This document shows, one piece after another, positions 34,401-45,100 of a DNA stretch of 64,000 nt. The notes beneath the pieces are model-generated. The model was given only the letters and a program-made list of their open reading frames with translations. It ran no database searches and had not been told where the DNA came from. Origin of the DNA: a virus (lineage: Duplodnaviria > Caudoviricetes); the IMG/VR virus record IMGVR_UViG_3300033074_000977, positions 9,729 through 73,728 of that record. The stretch is one strand, 5' to 3'. The translations under genes and the position numbers were made by a program. Each line of letters opens with the position of its first letter. Within the stretch, counting starts at the first letter, position 1.

Positions 34401-35515
34401 CCGACCTGGGTGATGTCGCGCGGGGCGTTAAGGCGGATATTCCCGATCCCCGCGGGTGTGCCCACAGTTGGGTCAATAGTGGTCTGGATGGATTTGCAGA
34501 CCAACGTATGCGCAGCTGCTAAGGTTGTAGTAGTGTAGCAGCGGAACGCCCCGAGTCCGACGACTGTGTGCCCAGCCGCAATGGTCGTAGTCGTACTAAC
34601 CCGAATACAAGGTATGTTGTCAAGTCCGTCGATAACTTCGAGCACGCGTACTGGCTCAACGGCGTTGAGTAACAGCATTGAGTTTGGTTGCAAGCCTGCG
34701 GTAGCTGCGGTAAGTTGTATCGTACAGAGTCCGGTCGTGCCGGTATCATACTCAATCGCCTCCACGGTAGTATCTGAAATCGCAGGCAACACCTGTTCAA
34801 CCAGTACATACTCAGCTGAATTAGCGAACAATCGCATGTTCGGCTGGATGTCTTTGCCCATCGCAGCTGGTTGGATTAGGCAGTACCCCGTAGTGCCCGA
34901 GTCGTAAAGTATTCGCGTGATGGTAGTGTTGGTTCGGTTAACCAACGACAGCGCGCCCGCTCCGACTGAATTATTCCAAGTCGCACCATCCTGGGTTAAG
35001 TTGGTGCAGTCAGTAACACTTAACATCTTAGCTGGGTCAGGGTTGAGCAATGTCGGTCCCTGCATTGGCGGCGCAATACCCCAGTTACGCACAGAGCTAT
35101 CACTCCCTACCGCGACCATCTTGTTCTCGTCACCTACAAATAACCAGGGATCCGGGGTACGTTCAGGTCTACCCACCACTCCGGTTAACGGATGTCCTGA
35201 GAATCCGGTAGCGACTGGCGTAACCAGATCGTCACTGGTGAATAAGTTCGTGCCTGCGCCGTAGATAAACGGATACTGTGAGTTGTAGTTATCTTGTAGC
35301 TGGAAGATCGAATGCACGCCCGCCAGCTCATGGAGTAACTCCAACCCCGGACGAGGCTGTAACCCGCCCCGGTTGTAGCTGCGGATGTTTTTCACATAGG
35401 GGTGCCGGTCGTCAGCGAGCTGGTCGATGGGGTTGGTTAGGTCTAACCCCTTGCCAGCTTTGACCGTCGCACGTTGAAATGGTTGGCCGATCCCACGACC
35501 GAACTCTCTGCCCAT
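31451..35515 (-). CDS. tail nozzle/stabilization protein (P22 gp10/T7 gp12-like)
   Basis: 1354 aa, beta-rich; propeller-type repeats (GLVAPWALC...IYFVSKDGIY); position. Confidence 0.7.
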   Translation of the reverse strand: MGREFGRGIGQPFQRATVKAGKGLDLTNPIDQLADDRHPYVKNIRSYNRGGLQPRPGLELLHELAGVHSIFQLQDNYNSQYPFIYGAGTNLFTSDDLVTPVATGFSGHPLTGVVGRPERTPDPWLFVGDENKMVAVGSDSSVRNWGIAPPMQGPTLLNPDPAKMLSVTDCTNLTQDGATWNNSVGAGALSLVNRTNTTITRILYDSGTTGYCLIQPAAMGKDIQPNMRLFANSAEYVLVEQVLPAISDTTVEAIEYDTGTTGLCTIQLTAATAGLQPNSMLLLNAVEPVRVLEVIDGLDNIPCIRVSTTTTIAAGHTVVGLGAFRCYTTTTLAAAHTLVCKSIQTTIDPTVGTPAGIGNIRLNAPRDITQVGGKTITEDDEISIGLYIQDINRLIEVRLWFDVDPGTILNTYAGTDLSRNYYFYAARAADLQSYADFQLATSLVGATPGRIQKSIYDKFNAGPNTLVRDNETGKLISYDQALADFRALKSGFGDTTKGLFAGNKREILKKFQDRYGVSVNDQNEPLFQIGSGKEQWYQLTVKVKDLQRVGTDRSRTLKNVTAVMASFQLTQLATPATVDCAISSWWIGGGYALDSYSSPTVFSDAYYYRYTGWNDTTGDESLPSPATRVGVLSRRQQNQIQLAKHPDPQVTKLNIYRYGGTLKQWLYVGQVDNPAGATTTFTDNLPDESIANNQLLRFNLYAPFATAGRPARGTCRIVGNKMIWLSGDTFDTTWAPGTEVVINGKTHLLYKQPADTTHIELAASAGAATTTSFYFPSPIRLGKPLSRVFGPYGTGAEALVYFACGDPVNPGYLYWTNENDPNTTTDANYIEVTPPNEPLINGCVYDGRVFVFSSERMWQVTASRDLTGALTYVPQEIANSRGLVAPWALCVDKLIYFVSKDGIYYSEGGQPTSLTTEALYELFPHDGIPGKDINQIPAPDMTQDMYLRLSALSGMLYFDYLIQDRPNELVIDMATLVLTIQRGAWMYDEYADQGVRCRYPAIGANSSDYRMVCATASKVGTLTGVLTQDYGDAFECQWDTMAYNAGEFRAQKHWGDYECNLDATDVGDQLEVAIYSNEFTNLIQTDTITLEIGRNRPRFDLPEDLFAINLGARFTFESAFGGGFVWYTWEPSLLLRPELSNLRVTDWDDCGTPGTKRVLGFVLEADTLGVSRTFEVQGDGEATLGSFTTQQDGQGDPRSFSLEVPGKSRLVRIVPTDADPWRIYNVTWIVTPYPESATVWETAPTDLGSCGWKHVAESYIDLESDSETTLTVTIDGVAYTYPIPSTGGVMARYYLRLDPTKGKIYQFRLANTDGVRVFNSSCVKVADWGRSFEQAYRTVTPFGGPTGMEAGAEI

Positions 35516-36885
35516 TACTTCCTACCTCCCACACTAACCATCCCAGTTTCGTCCAGCTTACCTTCATCCTGCCACCGAGGTTTAGACTGTTGATCCGTAG
35601 TAGCACGTTTCTTGAATAACCATAGATCCGTCACGCGTGCTTGTAACCGTTGGTTGAACTCCATCGCGGCTTCGAGTAAATCCTTATAAGCACCAATAGT
35701 CATGGCGAACTCTGCACCGGAAGTTTTCAACAGCGCTAGGTGGTGCGCGAAGTCCACCAGCAGCTCATGGTACTCCCTGGGCAGCTGCACTGTGTCTGCA
35801 TCATCGACCAGCAACGGCGGCTGCGACTGCACTTCCACTGTCAACGTCAACGGTGTATTCGCCAACTGCGCACTGGTTGGTTGCGGCACCACGATCAAAT
35901 GATTCCAGCTAACCATCCCCACCACCGCAGGCAACCCCGGTGTGTTATGCCAGCGTGGCCGACGCGCCGCCACATCTTTCACTCCACCTACCACAATTGG
36001 CCGACCATTCAACCAGCAGTTATACACCGATGGATAATTCCGTCCCAGCACTAAGCTATCTTCATACCTGCGCGCGCAGTATTCAGCCCGGTGTGGATCC
36101 CGACACTGCCCATCGAATTCAAACTGATCTTGCAGCATCGAATACTTCAATACCCAATCCAACGATGGTGGGATAGGTAGCGGGTCCGCGTCTAGGTCAT
36201 CCTGCGTAGGTAGCTGTAAGTTGAATATCGCTAGCTTGCCTATATCCTCTGGTGGGGGGTACAGACGCACCGAGTTAACCGGCTGCGTCAAACTCACATA
36301 TCCACGTGGTTGACCGTTGGTAAAGTAGGTAGTGTAGTTAACCTGATCCGATTGCGTCTCACGTAGTTCAGTGTAGTAATGCGTCGCAGGGGTGGGCGTA
36401 GGTTCGGCTTTCCATTCCGCATGCCGTAGTTCCAGATTCCGCTCGGGCAACGCTACCACTTCCTGTCCAGCTAACTCCTGGTAGGTGGTGATCAACCCAG
36501 TATCACGTAGCCATTGTTCGTAGTTCGCGCGCAACGCGAACTTCATCCCATCTATCTGCGGGCTAGGGTATTGATCTAAGAACGTAGCCAGAGTAGCCGG
36601 TTCCAGCATTACCTGCTTGGCGCGTGCGATTAAGCTATCTGATAAGGCTGTATAAGCCAGCGGTGATGCAGTTAGGGTAGGTAGGTCGTAGATGGCTTGA
36701 CCAGCTACTAACGGTATATCGTAACGTTCAGTCCAGTACCCACTGAACGCCTGCCATGTAGTCAACGATTCATTAAGGTAGCCAGTTAGTTCATCCTCCA
36801 CCCAAAACACCATTCCGGGATCGCCTAACTTTCCAGCTAAACGCTCCCGGAGGGTTTGTAGAGTTACTTCAGTATACACACTCAT
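35515..36885 (-). CDS. head-tail adaptor / tail tubular A-like protein
   Basis: TLRERLAGKLGD..W....L..YLNE N-terminus, LYPPP and LVDFA motifs; repeated domain architecture. Confidence 0.6.
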   Translation of the reverse strand: MSVYTEVTLQTLRERLAGKLGDPGMVFWVEDELTGYLNESLTTWQAFSGYWTERYDIPLVAGQAIYDLPTLTASPLAYTALSDSLIARAKQVMLEPATLATFLDQYPSPQIDGMKFALRANYEQWLRDTGLITTYQELAGQEVVALPERNLELRHAEWKAEPTPTPATHYYTELRETQSDQVNYTTYFTNGQPRGYVSLTQPVNSVRLYPPPEDIGKLAIFNLQLPTQDDLDADPLPIPPSLDWVLKYSMLQDQFEFDGQCRDPHRAEYCARRYEDSLVLGRNYPSVYNCWLNGRPIVVGGVKDVAARRPRWHNTPGLPAVVGMVSWNHLIVVPQPTSAQLANTPLTLTVEVQSQPPLLVDDADTVQLPREYHELLVDFAHHLALLKTSGAEFAMTIGAYKDLLEAAMEFNQRLQARVTDLWLFKKRATTDQQSKPRWQDEGKLDETGMVSVGGRK

Positions 36886-36886
36886 G

Positions 36887-37240
36887 TTAAGGCTTCGTCG
36901 GTCGATCCAACGCTCGCTGTACCAACCCAGTCAACGTTTGCATATTCTGTCCCAAGCTACCCAGCTTCAATTCCATAATTGTCTGCAAGCTCGCCACCTC
37001 CCGCGCCAGATCAGTCTTCGTCGCCGTATCAACTGCCTTAGCTTTCAGATCCACAATATCCCGCTCCAACTGGCTCACCTTATTATCCAACCCTTGTAAC
37101 TTGGACTGTAAGTAAATACGTTGTGCCAACGCACCTACCGTACCCGCCAGTGACAACTTAACCACCTCTTCTACACCGTCGCTCCAGGTCATAAGTAAGT
37201 GAGGTTCCTTATAATAAGTAAGCTGCGGTTGCCGTTGCAT
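36887..37240 (-). CDS. membrane-associated coiled-coil protein (possible lysis accessory)
   Basis: AAGGAGG RBS; hydrophobic segment then heptad repeats. Confidence 0.6.
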   Translation of the reverse strand: MQRQPQLTYYKEPHLLMTWSDGVEEVVKLSLAGTVGALAQRIYLQSKLQGLDNKVSQLERDIVDLKAKAVDTATKTDLAREVASLQTIMELKLGSLGQNMQTLTGLVQRALDRPTKP

Positions 37241-37282
37241 ACTGATCGCCTCCTTCGTGGGGGAGAAGTTAGCGGGGGATTA

Positions 37283-37786
37283 TTACGTAGCTAAGTAGAC
37301 TTGGACCGTACCACCGCCAGCAGTGATAGCGGTAATACGGATCCGTACCTTACCGTATCGGCCTGGGATGTTTACCTGCTGCCATTTGGGGGAAGCTACA
37401 GAACCGTCGTCGGTAAAGTCGATGGTGGTTACTTGCGCCCAGCTGGCACCGGAAACCGCGAAGGGTGCGGTTTCGACGGCGATGGTATAGGCGGATACAC
37501 CGGTGGAGGAGTATACCGCTACGGTGAGGTTGGGCTGGTTGCTGGCGTCATAAATGTCCGAGGTAACGGTCGTGCCGAAGTCGGAGGTCGCGCCACTGTT
37601 GACCTTCTTCCAGCTTGACCAGATGAGGGGTGGGGTGGCGTTGGTTTGGGCGTGGGCTATGGAAGTAACGCGCGCGTCCAACTCAGCTATTTTCTTGGGT
37701 ACCCACGCCTGAAATGCGGCTACTAAACTAATAACCAGCACGCAAATTGCCACAAACTTTGCTACTTTATATTTCTCTGGCTGCAT
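37283..37786 (-). CDS. exported beta-sandwich protein
   Basis: Basic n-region, h-region, AHA|QT; beta-rich remainder. Confidence 0.65.
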   Translation of the reverse strand: MQPEKYKVAKFVAICVLVISLVAAFQAWVPKKIAELDARVTSIAHAQTNATPPLIWSSWKKVNSGATSDFGTTVTSDIYDASNQPNLTVAVYSSTGVSAYTIAVETAPFAVSGASWAQVTTIDFTDDGSVASPKWQQVNIPGRYGKVRIRITAITAGGGTVQVYLAT

Positions 37787-38322
37787 TACTGCTTACCTCC
37801 TTGGAGTTCCGGTTCCGCAAACGACCACTTGCCATCCTTATCCTGACTCGCTTCGCAAGTAGCACACTTGAACTCTTTGCGCTGTGCCAGGATCCATTCG
37901 TTGATCTGCTTCATCGACGTAGCGAATTGACTATACAGTTTGCTCTGCCGATCAAACACCGCTGCACGGATGGTTTCATCCTGTGACTCGTAGATCTTGG
38001 GATCCGAGATATAGTTGAGCAACGCACGCTCGGAGAGGTTACGCTGATCTACTAACTGGGAGATCTTGGTAGCCAGGGCTTCGGGGAGGGGGTAGGATTT
38101 GCGGGCCGGAGCCAACGCTGAAACCGTGGGAGTAGGTAATGGGATGGTGGACGACACACTGTTATTTGACGGGCCGCTAACTACTGGTTTGTTATCCTGG
38201 GTCGCTGCGCCCACCCCCACTGGCTCACCCTTCGCCCACACGAACGCAATCACAGCCATTACGATGATCCCCAGGATCAACATTCCAATTTCTCGACGGG
38301 TTTGTTTATTTGACGTAGACAT
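37786..38322 (-). CDS. membrane-anchored or exported protein (spanin-like candidate)
   Basis: N-terminal TM, Ser/Pro linker, helical region, CxxC; adjacent to the endolysin. Confidence 0.55.
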   Translation of the reverse strand: MSTSNKQTRREIGMLILGIIVMAVIAFVWAKGEPVGVGAATQDNKPVVSGPSNNSVSSTIPLPTPTVSALAPARKSYPLPEALATKISQLVDQRNLSERALLNYISDPKIYESQDETIRAAVFDRQSKLYSQFATSMKQINEWILAQRKEFKCATCEASQDKDGKWSFAEPELQGGKQ

Positions 38323-38338
38323 TTCTATTCGACCTTCC

Positions 38339-38941
38339 TTATGTACTTGTTGTTGCAGTTAGCGGCGTCAGGGTAGGCGTCTGCTGGATACCGCTATCCA
38401 ATCCCAACGCCGCCTTAGCCTTCTTAGTTCGTTCAATTCTATCACCGAGGCCATTACTTCCGCCATTGATTTTACGCGTAAGCCCAACAATATCATCAGC
38501 ATCGGCAAATTTATTACAGTTGTTATCCTGCCAGAACAACCCCGCAGCTCTAAATCCATGCTCTGGAGTACTTAGCAGTTCCGGGTGGGCTACGCAGTCG
38601 ATCTGTAATGCCTTGGCTACACGGGTATAGTTAGCCCGACCGGTGGTTTGAATCGGCCCACGCCCCATATACCGCTTGCCATCCCCAGCCACCACGTTCC
38701 CCAGATCCAACCTGCCTTCATAGCGTAGCTGTGCCTTGGTTGGCCCCCATAGCTCTACCCAGTATTTCAGATCCATACTCTCGTGCGCGAGCTGCCCGAG
38801 AAAATGAGCCGCGCGGAGGGGTGTGTTAATCCCAAACTCCTCCAGCGCGGCGTTCAACGGATCCAGGTATTGCTTAGCACGGGGTCGATCCAACCCCCGC
38901 ATTGAACGGTAAAGTTGTTCTTCGGTTAGTTGGAAGGACAT
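38339..38941 (-). CDS. glycoside hydrolase family 19 endolysin
   Basis: RAAHFLGQLAHES, GRGPIQTTGRANY, TRKINGGSNGLGDR. Confidence 0.92.
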   Translation of the reverse strand: MSFQLTEEQLYRSMRGLDRPRAKQYLDPLNAALEEFGINTPLRAAHFLGQLAHESMDLKYWVELWGPTKAQLRYEGRLDLGNVVAGDGKRYMGRGPIQTTGRANYTRVAKALQIDCVAHPELLSTPEHGFRAAGLFWQDNNCNKFADADDIVGLTRKINGGSNGLGDRIERTKKAKAALGLDSGIQQTPTLTPLTATTST

Positions 38942-39068
38942 AGTTAGTTAAGCTCCTTTGATACGTTAATTACGTCACCACAGTAATCGTCTGTGCTTCT
39001 TCAGCCAACGGCATACAGATCCATTTCGTGCCGTCACAAACGATATGCCAGATGTTACTATCTGTGTG

Positions 39069-40082
39069 CTAATTCTGTGTGGCAAAACAGCGCCACACAC
39101 CATTGAGCCGGACAGCAAGTGCCCCATTGCCACCTGACGTGCAGGTATTGTCTGCTCCGCTTGTTACCTGACAATCGGTGCAGATCGCAAACGTGTTTGC
39201 GGCTGTGCCTAAATTGGCAAAGGCTACACCGTTGTCATTGCCTAGAACTCCGGTTGCCCTCACGCTAAACCGTATATCACCCGATGCTGTGCCGCCGCGC
39301 ACAGACAGCAGCTTGCGATTTACGATTGAACTTAACGTTCCATTATTGGGGTCGCTTGCACTGTCTGTGCGAAACGCGGCAAGATCAAGCAGTCCGAAAG
39401 TTGATGAGTCGCTAGCGTCACTAGCGGCGCTTGTCATTGCACGAAATTGAAACCCTGACTTATCCGCATCCACCTGATAACCAGCAGCCATCGCTACTAA
39501 CGCGGCATCGGTGCTAGTGGCATTGCCTAAATACAGGGCGTTATTTCCTGCGTCGCTAACTGTGCCTTTGAGAATTTGCTCGCGTATGCCCGACCCGGAG
39601 CTAATTGTGACTAATACCGAGCCGGTGCCTTTTGGTGCAAGAATTAAATTTTCATTGCTCCCGCTGCTTGTGACTCCAAGGGTTATACCACTCCCCGCCG
39701 CCGCCCCCGTCACCTTCACCCCAGTAGCTTCACTTGCTACCGAGCAATCCACGGCAAACGTTGGATTCGTGCTCCCATTCGGCCCCACCGCCATACAAGG
39801 GTTACTGGTACTCGTAACGATAACCGGTGTGCTGAATGAGCTGCTACCCGAGAACGTTACAGTCACCGTCTGCCCAGCCCTCGTCAAACTCCCATTCGGA
39901 AACACCAACGTCTGCGTCCCAGGCACATTTGGAGATCCATCTACCTCTTTAACACGCACGCCACTACCTGCTGGGTAGTTTCCTCCCCCTGATTGTTGGG
40001 CATAACTGGATAGCGGTAAAAGTACTGCAATCATAAATAGATTGAGTACTGCGGTAATTAAGTGTCTGTACATAAAAATCAT
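39069..40082 (-). CDS. tail fibre-like protein with signal peptide
   Basis: G/S/T-rich beta repeats; AGGAG RBS favours the ATG at 40082 over 40097; SYA|QQ. Confidence 0.65.
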   Translation of the reverse strand: MIFMYRHLITAVLNLFMIAVLLPLSSYAQQSGGGNYPAGSGVRVKEVDGSPNVPGTQTLVFPNGSLTRAGQTVTVTFSGSSSFSTPVIVTSTSNPCMAVGPNGSTNPTFAVDCSVASEATGVKVTGAAAGSGITLGVTSSGSNENLILAPKGTGSVLVTISSGSGIREQILKGTVSDAGNNALYLGNATSTDAALVAMAAGYQVDADKSGFQFRAMTSAASDASDSSTFGLLDLAAFRTDSASDPNNGTLSSIVNRKLLSVRGGTASGDIRFSVRATGVLGNDNGVAFANLGTAANTFAICTDCQVTSGADNTCTSGGNGALAVRLNGVWRCFATQN

Positions 40083-40096
40083 GAGCTGACTCCTCA

Positions 40097-42100
40097 TTAG
40101 TTTTGAATTACAGTGGCTCGTACTGTCGCAGCCGCAGGATTTGAGCCATCAGCACTGATGACGCAACGCCGCACGCTGACGGTATTTGGAGCCGAGCGCC
40201 ATGCAGTGAAGGTGGCAGTCGAGTTATGGCTTTGCAGCGCATTGGGTACACCAAGTAAAATCGTGTCGCCATCTGCCGCGCTAGTTACGGTGAGAGTAAG
40301 CGTTTCGCAAGTGTTTGCGCTTGCCTGGGCATAATCAAGCGAGCCTGTGCCAGACAGGATCGTTGATACATCCGCCCCCGATGACCCAAGCTTCAGCTTG
40401 CCACCTGAAAAGGTTACGCGGTTGTTGGCAAGGTCGGGAATAAACCCCACCTCTGCGTAGTTCGTGCCCGCTGCCCCACCGTTCCAAAGCAGTGTCTGAC
40501 CACCAATCGCAAATGGCGAGGTGTATGTTCCCGGTGCCGGGCCACCGTTCTGAGTCGTTACAGCATATGCCCCTATGCCACCCCCACTGTTTGGTCCACC
40601 ATTACGATAGTAAACGTTACCATTTATTGTGAGACGCGAATTGGCGACATTTATTCCAGCGCCTTTCAGCCAGTCTGCCCTAGTAAAGTAATTTCTCTGA
40701 AAGCTCTGACTAAATACCGTGCCAATTCCATTGTCTATCTCGACCCGTCCAAAACCGAATTGGTTTAGCCGGAAGTCGGCCATCCCCGACACGTATACTT
40801 CGTTGTAGTCATACTGCATCCACGTCACGGTGCCATCCGTAACGATGGCACCAATCCGGTAGGTCGCGCCTGAAACTGTTGTCCCTGCCGCTGCTCCCAA
40901 TGTCCACTGGCTGTCGTTGGTGTAGGTCGCCATGGTAGTATAGAGGTTCGCCCCTGCCACCCCGGCCCCATTGACCACGATGCCGTAATTTAGATAACTG
41001 CTATACAAGCTCCCGCAACCCGCACAGGTAAAAGTAGTACCTGATGCGGTTATTGCACCGTTAGCCTCGTAAGCTACATTTGTAGCTGGCCACGACGGTT
41101 CACTAGCCGCCGAAGTACCCGAACCGATACAGATGTAGTATTTCCCATTGCCATTGCCCGAGGTTTTCCCTTTGACAAGTGTGCCTAGCGAATAGGCGGT
41201 TGATTGTGCCCACTCATTTATACCTCCAGCAATGATGTTGTTATTCACCACGTCTACCGTGTGGTAGGCCGATACATACAGAAACGCTGCCGACTCGCTC
41301 CGACAATCTCGAATAGAAGAATGGTCGTTAGCCGACTCCTGAATCCGAATATCCCAGCCGCCCGCCTCTAAGGCAGCCCGCACGCCGCCATTGGCATTCT
41401 GGAACCCGACCGAGTAGACGTTCACCGAACCATAAGCGACATCTATCCCGTATTTACAGCTTTGGAAATTGCCTCCAACGAAGGTGTTTTGTAAGGCGTT
41501 GGCTCCGCCAGAATAGAAGCCTGCGGACAGTGCGGACTGAAAGTGACAGTTGATAAAGAGATTCTCCGACCCTTGTGCCTGTCCACCCCCCGTGCGCGTT
41601 ACGGCAAAGGCATGTGTGGCCCTGCTTGCCGCATCAAAATAACAATCTCGAAACGTATTTCCCTGTGTGCCGACATGATTGGAGCCGTCATAGTCTCCGT
41701 CTAATTCAACACATGCCCCGGTACGATTATCAAGCACCAGAAAATAAATGCCTTCAAAGGTGCAATACTGCGCGCCGTTGGTTTGTAGGGCAGGACTGCC
41801 GCCAAAGCCAGCCAATACCGAATTGTAGCGGCCCGACCCTTTCAGCTTCACTCCATAACCCAGCGTAAGAACTGCATTGGCTTTGCAGGTGCGTGGCGGG
41901 AAAAGGACTTCCCCGCCACCCGCCGCGACTGCCGCTGCAATGGCTTTATTGACGGCTGTGGTGTCGTTCGTGGAGCCATCGCACTTGGCACCGTACTTAA
42001 CAACATCATAGGTCTTGTAGGTGGACTGCGCGCCCGTGTCACCTGTATAGACGAGGGTCACTAGCAGCATGATCCCGATTAAGATAATAAATTGCTTCAT
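40097..42100 (-). CDS. tailspike/depolymerase, pectate-lyase-like beta-helix, with signal peptide
   Basis: YDVVKYGAKCDGSTNDTTAVNKAIAAA..GGGEVLFP N-terminal cap; parallel beta-helix repeats; TGA|QS. Confidence 0.8.
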   Translation of the reverse strand: MKQFIILIGIMLLVTLVYTGDTGAQSTYKTYDVVKYGAKCDGSTNDTTAVNKAIAAAVAAGGGEVLFPPRTCKANAVLTLGYGVKLKGSGRYNSVLAGFGGSPALQTNGAQYCTFEGIYFLVLDNRTGACVELDGDYDGSNHVGTQGNTFRDCYFDAASRATHAFAVTRTGGGQAQGSENLFINCHFQSALSAGFYSGGANALQNTFVGGNFQSCKYGIDVAYGSVNVYSVGFQNANGGVRAALEAGGWDIRIQESANDHSSIRDCRSESAAFLYVSAYHTVDVVNNNIIAGGINEWAQSTAYSLGTLVKGKTSGNGNGKYYICIGSGTSAASEPSWPATNVAYEANGAITASGTTFTCAGCGSLYSSYLNYGIVVNGAGVAGANLYTTMATYTNDSQWTLGAAAGTTVSGATYRIGAIVTDGTVTWMQYDYNEVYVSGMADFRLNQFGFGRVEIDNGIGTVFSQSFQRNYFTRADWLKGAGINVANSRLTINGNVYYRNGGPNSGGGIGAYAVTTQNGGPAPGTYTSPFAIGGQTLLWNGGAAGTNYAEVGFIPDLANNRVTFSGGKLKLGSSGADVSTILSGTGSLDYAQASANTCETLTLTVTSAADGDTILLGVPNALQSHNSTATFTAWRSAPNTVSVRRCVISADGSNPAAATVRATVIQN

Positions 42101-42103
42101 AGA

Positions 42104-45100
42104 TTAGAACCGCGATATTACATACCAATTAGTCCCATTTGATTGGATAGCTACACCCTCATAAGCCGAGGAAAGGACAATGGTAAGATTACCATCTATT
42201 GTTTCCGTAGAATTACCGTCAATCGTAACTGTGTTGACTCCACCGTCTATCTTCTTCACTACCAGGATTCGGCCCGACATTGTAGAAGCGGCAGGCAGAT
42301 TTACAGTCTGACTGGCGGAGGTCGGGTCGCAAAGAATTGTCGTATCAGTTGTTGTCGCTGTTACGGTGGCTGACGTGGACGAGCGCAGCCCTACACCAAA
42401 CCCCTGACTGACTGACAATGAGCCGGTGATAGCCACCCCGGTGGACGATGCAGCCAGGGTATCAACATTCGTTGAGCCTGACGTTTTAGTTCGTAAAATT
42501 ACTGTTGCATTGTCGTTAGGGTAGATATTGGCTAAATAGGCTTTTGTATTGCCTGTAGCATCGTAGCTGAATTCCAGGCCGTAGGAGCTAAGCACTCCGC
42601 CGATTTGCGTAGTGGACGAGATAAAGCCCGTGCCAACAACGTGCAGTTTTGTGGATGGCGATGTCGTACCAATGCCCAATCCAGTGGCATTCAAAGTAGT
42701 CAGCGCTACGTTATTAACACCGTTAGTTATTTTTGCACCGGAGGTATTCGCATTGATGAAGATCCCGGCAGTTGCCAGAGATTCAGATTGGATGAACACC
42801 TGTTCAGCTACGGTTGGGCCTGATGTTGCAAATCCCGATGAGCGAATACCTACGCGTAGATAGTTGCCAGTGTCGTTGACAAAATCAAATTCTGATGTAG
42901 CCGCATTGCCGTTTGAAGAGTTTGTAAAACTGGGGCCAGTAGCTGCGTTGGAAGAAACCGTCGTGGCAGTTGCCAATAACGTACCGCTGGTTGGCAGTGT
43001 TACATTTGTGTTATTGGTAGTAGTTAAAGTTAATGAATACGCACCAGATGTAGCAAATGCGCCTGCGGTAGTAAACGCTCCAGCAGTAGTTAGCGCACCA
43101 GTGGTAACTAAATCTCCGCCTAGAGATAACCGCCGCGCGGCGTCTTGGACTTGGATGGTTAAGATACGATTGGCGGTTAGGGTTTCGTTAGCCAGAAAGC
43201 GAATCGAGAAAGCTCCAGTACCGGAGTTAAAGGTGGATAAATTAGTAACAGCTGTGATTGATCCACCCGTGATAGTTGGAGATGTGCCAAAGACCAGCGC
43301 ACCAGAGCCGGTTTCGTCAGATAAGGCACCTGAAATACCTGCTGATGTGGTTAGTCCTGTGAAGGCTGATGTACCGTTGCCGAGCAAGATGCCCGTTAGA
43401 GTCGCTGCGCCAGATCCACCGCGACTAACTGCCAATGTACCCGCCCAGGTCAATACATGTGCCGAACCGCCACTTACGATTGTAACGTTCGTGTCGTTGG
43501 TAAAAGTCTGCGGATCGGCTGTCAATCCATTTAGCGTGGTAATACCAGTGCCACCTGCACCTGTCTGATCCGTGCCACAAGAAAACGTCTGTGTTCCGTT
43601 ATCGTATAAAAGCTTCGAGGTAGTCGCATTGGAACATGACGGTAAAGTCTTCAGTGCCCCGGTATTAACTCCAGTCCCTACCAGCACCTCGTTTGCTGCC
43701 CAAGTACCCTGACCCGTGCCGCCTCTAGTTAATCCTAACGTACCGGTAGTTAGTGCGGCAGTGCTGATTCCCCCAGTACCCACAGCTGTTACGACACCCG
43801 TGGTACTCATTCCGATTCCGTTAGATCCGTTTACGATTTGTAGCGGCGTAGTAGAGTCAGTTGATATCGTAAAGGTGGTTGAATTGAACCCTAGTTTACC
43901 ATAGGTGGTGTTGGTATTGTCATTCCTTACATAGATAGATCCAGGCCCGACGTTAACTTCCGACCAACGGAGCGCCGAAGTCCCCAGCGCGTATAAGTTA
44001 TCTGAAGTTGGGTTAATGGATGTGGTGGATAGCGTGGAAGTAAAAGTCTTAGCCCCGGCGTAGGATTGGGTGCCGTTGTTAACCAACCCTTGGGCGCAGG
44101 TTGTGCAGGCGTCGTTGAGGTTGAGCGTGATGGTACCCGAGCCGGTGATCGGGTTGGTACCGGATAAATTCGGCGCAGTGCCGGTAGTGCCCAAGGCCAG
44201 CCCAACCGACGTAACTGTTCCCCCGCCGCCTCCGCCCCCTCCGCAACCGAAGCTATTAACCACACCGTTAGCGTCGACACAGACTGTGCGGGTGCCCGTA
44301 CCGATCCCATTTACCAACGTCAATACCGCGTTCGATTGCAGTGTCCCACCGCGTAACTCGGTGATCGGTTCGTCTTCATCATAGGTAGCTTTGGTGCCGT
44401 AGAGTAACCTGAAATTCGCCACCCTAAATACTGCCGCGTTTGCGCCCTGGCCGCATTCGATCTGGACTTTCAGGGTACGGCCGGTGCCCGCTCCGATTCG
44501 CGTGGTAATGGATCCACGTTCCCAACGCTCGATGATTCGACCCTGCGCAGCTGAAGGGTTGTAGCCAAATTGTCCGGTAGTACCTACGGATGGGATAAGT
44601 TTAACCCGCAGCTCGTTATAAGTAGCCCCAGAAGTAATCGCATCCGCGCCACGGCTTACAATGTAGAAATCAAACCCGAGTGTGACTGTCTGATGTTCAG
44701 CCACCCCATCCGGTACATTGATCGTCTGCGACATCTGTTCGGCATAGGCATTCCCGCCCCCAGTGGTGGGTGCGACTTCGATATAGCGCAAGCCCCGGTC
44801 TGTGCCAGCGTTAACGGCAGTCAACGCCCCTGGAGCAGTTTGTGTCCATGATGTCAGTCCACGCGCGAACGCACCGTTAAGCAGCAACCCACGCCCGAAT
44901 ACAGTGCTATAGAGATCGGCAGTGTCGTAGGCTGGTCCGGAGTTGGTTCCTTCCAGGTAGCGCACGCCAAGGCCGATCTTCGGTGGATAGAAATCCGGCG
45001 TCGAGTCAATGGTGTTGCCATAAAGGATCGACTGCGGTGAGGTGAGGGTGGTGTTGTCTACGGTAACCCCACGCGTGCCGTTTTCCAGATAGATGTCCGC

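Noticed and set aside
42990-43110. GA(L/F)TT-type peptide repeats in the long fibre
   Set aside because: Ordinary fibre shaft repeats; not identical at DNA level, so not a variable-repeat locus
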